Part shown: in pieces, positions 15,735 to 20,919 of the stretch | Layout: each line of letters opens with the position of its first letter | Position numbering within the stretch: position 1 is the stretch's first letter | IMG/VR virus record: IMGVR_UViG_3300014913_000010 | Reading direction: 5' to 3' (one strand) | DNA: 20,919 bases | Origin: an uncultured virus (IMG/VR IMGVR_UViG_3300014913_000010) | Taxonomy: Duplodnaviria; Heunggongvirae; Uroviricota; Caudoviricetes | Notes under the pieces: model-generated | Seen by the model: only the letters and a program-made list of their open reading frames with translations | Database searches by the model: none | Told to the model about the DNA's origin: nothing | Made by a program: the position numbers and the translations under genes

Positions 15735-17627
15735 ATGGCGAAAATTGTTGACCCCGATGACCTTAGTTATGTAGTAGACGCTACTGCCGGGGGCTCGGAC
15801 GAAATTGAACTACAAACTGGAACTAAGACCGTAGAGTTGTTGCCGCAAGGAACATTGAGTGATGATTCTCCCGGTGCTACTTCTGGTGTTACTGGCAAGT
15901 GTGTTTATTCGAAGTTCAAAGAAATTTGGAAGTCGGATAATGATTTGAACAAACATAAATTCCCTATTCAGATGATTTACGAGGCTTCGTTTGTGTGGAT
16001 TAATGGGTGGGGGCCGTATAACGATCAAACCCGCGACCTGTTTAGGGATGCGGGGTTTCAGGAAACGGATGGACGTGAGAATGCTTGTATTATTTCTCTG
16101 GGTAGTATGTATGAATCTACGGATCAGGCTTACTATACTCAAGTTGCTGGACTTGATCAAACCAAAAGCGACTTTGATAAAACCGGGGAAGTAAACGAAA
16201 ATATTGCTTCCGTTGGTACGGGTGGAACGCCTGATTATTCGGGCTACTTCAAAGCATTTCTTCGGGAAGAGCAAAGGGTGTTTTCTGAATATGATCTACT
16301 AACCGAGCAGGGTCTTGCGGCACTTACTTATCAGGCTTACAGGATGCCTTTGGCGAATGCCGATGATAGCTTGAAGTGTGTTGATAATGATGCTACCATT
16401 GTTGGTGATGTTGGTTCTGTTTCTGGTGTCAAGTACTCAGAACTCACCATTGACTATCTTGCCGGTGCTGGATATGAAAGTGTTTCCGATACTACCTATT
16501 CCATTGATGATGTAGTACAGGAAGATAATGGTTCTGGTTCCCATTGGTTTATCTGTACTACCGCCGGAACTGTAACAGGTTCAACCGGAGTGGCAAAAGC
16601 GGCATGGGGTGGAACTGCTGTCTTTGCCGCTTTTGCCGGTGAACGACTTATTGGAACTGAGTACTACGCCTTTAATAGAATCCTAGATGTTGAGGATACT
16701 ACTAATGGTTATGCCGCACGACTAACCGAGATTCATTCGTGGGCTCAGTACCAATTGCGGCAAACTGGAGATATCAATGACGATGTAAATGGCGATGCTT
16801 GGGGAACAGTCAATGGAAACATTGCTCCCACGTTTACTAGGTTCGTCGGTGATACTATGCATACGATGCCTGGAGTTTACATCGACAACTTTGATGCAAA
16901 TGACAAGAACAATATGCGGTTCTGGGATATCACTGTAGATGGTGGCGGTGTTGATGCTATTACTCTTGTTCCTGTTGGATCTACCGAAAGGCAGTTTCCA
17001 TTTACTTCTGCTGGAAACTTGAATTTCAATGAGGCTATAACTGATGAGGTAGATAACACTACTCGTTATACGATGTACTTCCAGTACATTACTACCACTA
17101 CCATGACTGCCCTTAAGGTATCGAGTTCTTCGGGTGCGAGTTGTACGCTTGATTGGACAGGCGCAGATGCTGGATTACTTGACCACCTGTCTAATGGTGA
17201 TTACATTAAAATTTCAGGTTTCACTACCGAAACTGGCAACAACGGTTTGTACGTGGCAACAAGTGCAGTGAGTAGTAATACAATCGATGCTGATAAGGTA
17301 GATGGAATTAATCCTACTGATGAGGCAATCGGTGATGCTGCGACAGTACTACAGAATCCGTTTGAATCTCCTGGCGCTGTGATAGTAGACGATAATAGCA
17401 ATGCAGATATTAGCGGTGAAGTAGATGCTGCCCAGATTGCTTGGGACTTTGACTATACCAATAATGTGCAGGGAGGCCGTACCGGTAACGAGGATGCACC
17501 GGTAATAGTAGTTTCCATTGCTTATGATGGGGCGCAGTACTTAACAGTTGAGCACACGATTACTGAGTCTACCGGGCAGAATATTGCTATCAACCATGCT
17601 GATGAACTCAACTACGAAAATCCCTAA
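15735..17627 (+). CDS. Putative virion structural protein, 630 aa
   Basis: Strong RBS (AAGGAG 15722-15727) and acidic D/T/G-rich composition. Internal small modules YSIDDVV...WFICTTAGT and LSNGDYIKISGF...NNGLY resemble those in phage fibre/decoration proteins. Ends ELNYENP. Confidence 0.6.
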   Translation: MAKIVDPDDLSYVVDATAGGSDEIELQTGTKTVELLPQGTLSDDSPGATSGVTGKCVYSKFKEIWKSDNDLNKHKFPIQMIYEASFVWINGWGPYNDQTRDLFRDAGFQETDGRENACIISLGSMYESTDQAYYTQVAGLDQTKSDFDKTGEVNENIASVGTGGTPDYSGYFKAFLREEQRVFSEYDLLTEQGLAALTYQAYRMPLANADDSLKCVDNDATIVGDVGSVSGVKYSELTIDYLAGAGYESVSDTTYSIDDVVQEDNGSGSHWFICTTAGTVTGSTGVAKAAWGGTAVFAAFAGERLIGTEYYAFNRILDVEDTTNGYAARLTEIHSWAQYQLRQTGDINDDVNGDAWGTVNGNIAPTFTRFVGDTMHTMPGVYIDNFDANDKNNMRFWDITVDGGGVDAITLVPVGSTERQFPFTSAGNLNFNEAITDEVDNTTRYTMYFQYITTTTMTALKVSSSSGASCTLDWTGADAGLLDHLSNGDYIKISGFTTETGNNGLYVATSAVSSNTIDADKVDGINPTDEAIGDAATVLQNPFESPGAVIVDDNSNADISGEVDAAQIAWDFDYTNNVQGGRTGNEDAPVIVVSIAYDGAQYLTVEHTITESTGQNIAINHADELNYENP

Positions 17628-17645
17628 TAAGTAGAAAGGTACAAT

Positions 17646-17927
17646 ATGACAAGGCAACAAGTGAAAAGAATTTTGGCTTTGCTTAAGGCTCAAGCTGACT
17701 ACCCTGATAGGGAATTAGTAGTTGATTACCCGGAAGGGTTTAAGGAGTCGTTTGAAAATCAAAAGTTCTTTCGTGGGTGGATCAACTACCATGATACTTG
17801 GGACGTGGATAAGGAAGACGTGTGGTTAGTAGTACCAAGAAAGATATCACTCGTTGCAGAGTGGCATCAAGAACTACTACGTGTCGTTCCTATTATTGCT
17901 CCTGATGGAACTATAACGGAGGCGTAG
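17646..17927 (+). CDS. Hypothetical protein, 93 aa
   Basis: Fills the gap between two structural genes on the same strand, with AAAGGT upstream. No motif recognised. Confidence 0.7.
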   Translation: MTRQQVKRILALLKAQADYPDRELVVDYPEGFKESFENQKFFRGWINYHDTWDVDKEDVWLVVPRKISLVAEWHQELLRVVPIIAPDGTITEA

Positions 17928-17929
17928 TA

Positions 17930-19693
17930 ATGGGCGCTAAAGTAACGTTCAATGAGTTAACTAGAATTATTGAAATTGATTTAGCCCCGGATGCTAACGA
18001 CGAAGTTTTTATCGATGTAAAGATAGATCTTTACAGTGATGGAAAAGAAGATTGGGTAGCAAATGAGAATTTGCGAAGATTAATTTTCCCAATATCTGCG
18101 GTAGGTGGTAATTCACTGCCGGGGTCGAAGCAACTGGGTAGTACTTTCTTTATCAGATCAGATTGGAAGATAGCGCCTTATGAAGCAAGTCATCGATTAA
18201 TTATTAATGGTAACTTCTATTCTGAAGATGGTGAAGATCCTTTCCTAGATACTGCTGGTACTTATACGGTGCGGATTATGCAACAGGTTTCCTCACTAGT
18301 AGATAGTACTATCCAACAACTCCCTGAAATTGAGTATGCTTCTTTTAATGGTGGAATAACAATTGATGAGTTATCATCAAATGTGGGCACTGTCTACCCT
18401 ACCGGCACACCTCAAGCACCTGTTAATAATTGGCCAGACGCTTTACTCATTGCAATCGAAAGAGGCTTTAACAAGTTTTTTGTCAACGGTGATGCAACCT
18501 TGGATGGCTCTTTTGATCTAACTGATTATATAATAGTAGGGGAATCTCCTGCAAAGACGTTAGTAACAATAAGCGGTTTAGCAACCACTTCAGGGATGGA
18601 AATAGTAAACTCAACTGTTACCGGTATTCTTGATGGTGAGAACTACTTATCTGAGTGTACCGTAATGGATTTGGAATATGTAAACGGGAGGTTATTTAAT
18701 TGTGGACTCATTGGAGACATAGAACTATCAGGAAACGCAAACGCAGTACTAAACGATTGCTACACAGTAGATCAGGACAACCCTCCAGTTTTGGATATGG
18801 GTGGGACAGGGCAGAGTCTAGTAATGGTAGAGTACACCGGCCTTCTCACCCTGCACAATCTCAGCGATACAAACCAAAACGTGGGAATAGGTCTAAGCGC
18901 AGGAGCAATAGTACTTGACAATACTATAACTGCTGGAAATGTTATTATATCTGGAGTAGGTATATTACAGGACAATTCTGGTGGTACTACTACAGTTGAC
19001 ACTTCTGCATTGCTTAGTAATGACTCCATTGCTGAAGAAGTTTGGCAAGGGGTAGATGGTGCAGATGTTAGAAATCAAATTGAGTACATAAAAGATGTTG
19101 AATCTGGCCGCTGGAAAATGGATGGCAACCAGATGATTTTTTATAAGGCCGACAACATGACAGAAGTAGTACGGTTCAATCTTTATAATCAAGCAGGGGC
19201 TCCAGCTATGGAGAATATTTACGAGCGGGAACGTGATAATAGTTCTGACAACAACTGGAAATATCCTCAAGTAATGCAAATGAATTTTGGCTCCATTGCA
19301 GATGGTGCCTTGGCAGATGTAGTATTAGAAGATACAAACCGATTGCAACTTAACGAGGTTGTTGGTGACGCCTTTGATTTTGTATTTTTCTTTGAAGGTG
19401 TACTAGACATTAACTTGAAAGTAGACATTGTGGGTTACTACGAGGGCAACCCTGCCCATAATGTAAAAATATCGATACATAACCTTTTGACGCACGAGTG
19501 GGAAGACCTGACAGTGGACACACAAGATTTTCCCGATAACAATACAGATCAAACCTACTCGTTTAATTTACCTACACCACGGGATACTTATCGGTCTAGT
19601 AATGGTGATATCCGATTAAAGATTAAACATGAAAGCAATGGTTCCACCGGACATTACTTTTGGCTTAACAAAATGGAGTTGAATGCGCAATGA
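17930..19693 (+). CDS. Putative virion structural/fibre protein with beta-helix-like core, 587 aa
   Basis: N-terminal LYSDGKEDW...FPI motif shared with 15735..17627. GTPQAPVNN precedes short periodic beta rungs, followed by IAEEVW and a beta-sandwich-like C-terminal domain. RBS GGAGG. Confidence 0.6.
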   Translation: MGAKVTFNELTRIIEIDLAPDANDEVFIDVKIDLYSDGKEDWVANENLRRLIFPISAVGGNSLPGSKQLGSTFFIRSDWKIAPYEASHRLIINGNFYSEDGEDPFLDTAGTYTVRIMQQVSSLVDSTIQQLPEIEYASFNGGITIDELSSNVGTVYPTGTPQAPVNNWPDALLIAIERGFNKFFVNGDATLDGSFDLTDYIIVGESPAKTLVTISGLATTSGMEIVNSTVTGILDGENYLSECTVMDLEYVNGRLFNCGLIGDIELSGNANAVLNDCYTVDQDNPPVLDMGGTGQSLVMVEYTGLLTLHNLSDTNQNVGIGLSAGAIVLDNTITAGNVIISGVGILQDNSGGTTTVDTSALLSNDSIAEEVWQGVDGADVRNQIEYIKDVESGRWKMDGNQMIFYKADNMTEVVRFNLYNQAGAPAMENIYERERDNSSDNNWKYPQVMQMNFGSIADGALADVVLEDTNRLQLNEVVGDAFDFVFFFEGVLDINLKVDIVGYYEGNPAHNVKISIHNLLTHEWEDLTVDTQDFPDNNTDQTYSFNLPTPRDTYRSSNGDIRLKIKHESNGSTGHYFWLNKMELNAQ

Positions 19694-19869
19694 TAATAAC
19701 AAGAGGATATGGTAGTGGTTCAAACCTTATAGTAACACGGGGTTTCGGTCTTTATATACCCCGTATACTAAAGGCAAAAGTAATATTTGTTCGGGAGCAG
19801 ATTACTCGTTTATTTACTAGGGAAGTAGTACAACGTGTGTACCCTAGAACAAAAGCGGAGATAAAATAA
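19690..19869 (+). CDS. Unannotated small basic protein, 59 aa (MIITRGYGSGSNLIVTRGFGLYIPRILKAKVIFVREQITRLFTREVVQRVYPRTKAEIK)
   Basis: Absent from the ORF track. ATG overlaps the upstream TGA (ATGA at 19690-19693) and its TAA overlaps the next ATG (TAATG at 19867-19871). Confidence 0.75.
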   Translation: MIITRGYGSGSNLIVTRGFGLYIPRILKAKVIFVREQITRLFTREVVQRVYPRTKAEIK

Positions 19870-20027
19870 TGGCAATCCAACCAGTTTATAATAGGCCTGA
19901 AGTAGTCCGTTTATTTAACCGTGATCAAGAGATCAGGTTATTTGACCGGGATGAAGAAGTAAAACTATTCAACCGGGATTATGAAACTCGGGTTTTCGAC
20001 CGGGATAAGGAGGTAGGAAACGGATGA
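19869..20027 (+). CDS. Unannotated small repeat protein, 52 aa (MAIQPV YNRPEVVRL FNRDQEIRL FDRDEEVKL FNRDYETRV FDRDKEVGNG)
   Basis: Absent from the ORF track. Coupled on both sides (TAATG start, ATGA stop at 20024-20027). Contains five 9-aa repeats. Confidence 0.8.
   Translation: MAIQPVYNRPEVVRLFNRDQEIRLFDRDEEVKLFNRDYETRVFDRDKEVGNG
19887..20021 (+). repeat. Five degenerate 27-nt coding tandem repeats (core TTYRACCGKGAT in units 2-5)
   Basis: tttaaccgtgat, tttgaccgggat, ttcaaccgggat and ttcgaccgggat recur at a 27-nt period. Confidence 0.85.
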
Positions 20028-20362
20028 AAGCAGGAAAGTTTAAGAAACAAAGCTATGAGTACTACACTATCGCCGCGAACTTTGCGCTCAATATGGATAT
20101 TGCCGGTGGTGAAGATTTAGTACTTGGAAATTGCTCTGTCGTTGCTGAAGATAAAGATGGTAACGATGTAACTAATACTGTTACGGATCAATCCAGTATA
20201 GCAATTGGTCTGGCGGCAGATGATGAAGTAGGGCAGTTGAAAATACTAATAAGGGCAGGGGTAGTAGCGGAAAGTCCTTATAAATTAACTTTTTACACGG
20301 GTGATACTTCCTCTTCTGAAGGTTGGGAGCAAGATATTTTTATGACCATAAAGGAGATTTAG
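20024..20362 (+). CDS. Putative phage fibre-tail adaptor-like protein, 112 aa
   Basis: Pattern F-x-KQ-x2-E-x6-F...I-x-AG-x5-YKLT...E-x-D-x4-IKE resembles small phage adaptor/Ig-like proteins (recalled). RBS AAGGAGGT upstream. Confidence 0.55.
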   Translation: MKAGKFKKQSYEYYTIAANFALNMDIAGGEDLVLGNCSVVAEDKDGNDVTNTVTDQSSIAIGLAADDEVGQLKILIRAGVVAESPYKLTFYTGDTSSSEGWEQDIFMTIKEI

Positions 20363-20364
20363 TT

Positions 20365-20844
20365 ATGGACTCCACAAGCAAAAAAAAATATGTCGGAAAG
20401 GAAAGAAGAAGAACATGCACCGACTGTACTTCCCATAGGGAACACTCATTGGCTATCAATACGTTAAAAGAACGGAACGAAAAATTGGAAATTGGAAATG
20501 GTGAAGTAGTGCAAAGACTTGATCAAAAAGTTAGTTATGCCAATTTCAAATGGGCATTCGGAATTGTTATGTCGGTCATCGTAGTTGTTAGTACTATTAA
20601 CTATACCACTTCAAGAAATTCGACTCGTGCTAATTATGACACAATGAATCGTATACTAGATTCAAACCACCAAGTTGAAAAGGAGATGGTAGCTGTTAAT
20701 TCAGAAATAAAATCAATTAATGATAAACTACTTTTGTATAGTAATAGAATGGTTATGTATCATGATGAGCATAAATTTTTTAGAGCAGCGATTTTAGCAC
20801 TAATGGATAATAACAAGATCAACCCCCAAATTAATGGAGATTAA
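20365..20844 (+). CDS. Single-pass membrane protein with coiled-coil flanks (possible lysis/holin-like), 159 aa
   Basis: One hydrophobic segment WAFGIVMSVIVVVSTINY and an N-terminal YVGKERR...CxxC. Start placed at 20365 behind AAGGAG (20351-20356). The holin role is inferred from position only. Confidence 0.55.
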   Translation: MDSTSKKKYVGKERRRTCTDCTSHREHSLAINTLKERNEKLEIGNGEVVQRLDQKVSYANFKWAFGIVMSVIVVVSTINYTTSRNSTRANYDTMNRILDSNHQVEKEMVAVNSEIKSINDKLLLYSNRMVMYHDEHKFFRAAILALMDNNKINPQINGD

Positions 20845-20919
20845 GAAATGTTCACCGATGTTGTATTCTGGGGAACTTTTATTTCCTTTTTTTAAGAGCC
20901 TTATTTATTACTAGAGCGG

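Larger units (their letters stand above)
1..20919 (+). mobile_element. Tailed phage (or prophage) tail/morphogenesis region with embedded glycan-modification cassette
   Basis: All credible genes are on the + strand with overlapping or near-abutting start/stop codons. The BR0599-NlpC/P60-tail tip gene order is characteristic of siphophage and GTA-like tail modules. No host housekeeping genes are visible. Confidence 0.93.

Noticed and set aside
125..19279. Minus-strand ORFs and short nested + strand ORFs in the track (e.g. 9210..9563, 15810..16274, 14146..14454, 18700..18918)
   Set aside because: All overlap longer + strand genes that have recognisable motifs or RBSs, and none shows a recognisable motif of its own. 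They are treated as shadow ORFs.
19887..20021. 27-nt periodic repeats as a CRISPR mini-array or iteron set
   Set aside because: The units are degenerate, the period is a multiple of 3, variation is largely synonymous or conservative, and they lie within a coupled ORF. There are no unique spacers of CRISPR length and no cas or rep gene.
1..20919. Stop-codon reassignment, suggested by frequent TAG words
   Set aside because: Standard-code ORFs tile the window almost completely. TAA, TGA and TAG all end genes directly before the next start.

Overview
The window is a single + strand, tightly packed late (virion morphogenesis) region of a tailed dsDNA phage or prophage. Many genes are coupled by ATGA or TAATG overlaps. 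It has four blocks. (1) 1-6652: a siphophage/GTA-type tail-tip module with two virion proteins, two distal-tail-like proteins, a BR0599/DUF2163 Cys-cluster protein, an NlpC/P60 peptidase and a tail-tip hub. (2) 6653-8585: three paralogous fibre/anchor genes; the first carries discoidin-like and LamG-like domains. (3) 8613-14131: a seven-gene glycan synthesis and modification cassette encoding a GT4, a GT-A, UDP-sulfoquinovose synthase SqdB, a SAM methyltransferase, a sulfotransferase, a GT2-like enzyme and a CxxCxxCC protein. (4) 14097-20844: large acidic structural proteins, two unannotated small repeat proteins, a fibre-adaptor-like protein and a membrane protein. The most striking feature is four pure mucin-like poly-Thr tracts, written with mixed codons, in three virion proteins; the last tract sits directly upstream of the glycosyltransferase/sqdB cassette. 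I infer a phage-encoded system that O-glycosylates the virion with a sulfonated, sulfated and methylated glycan. All family calls come from motifs recognised by eye; no database searches were run.
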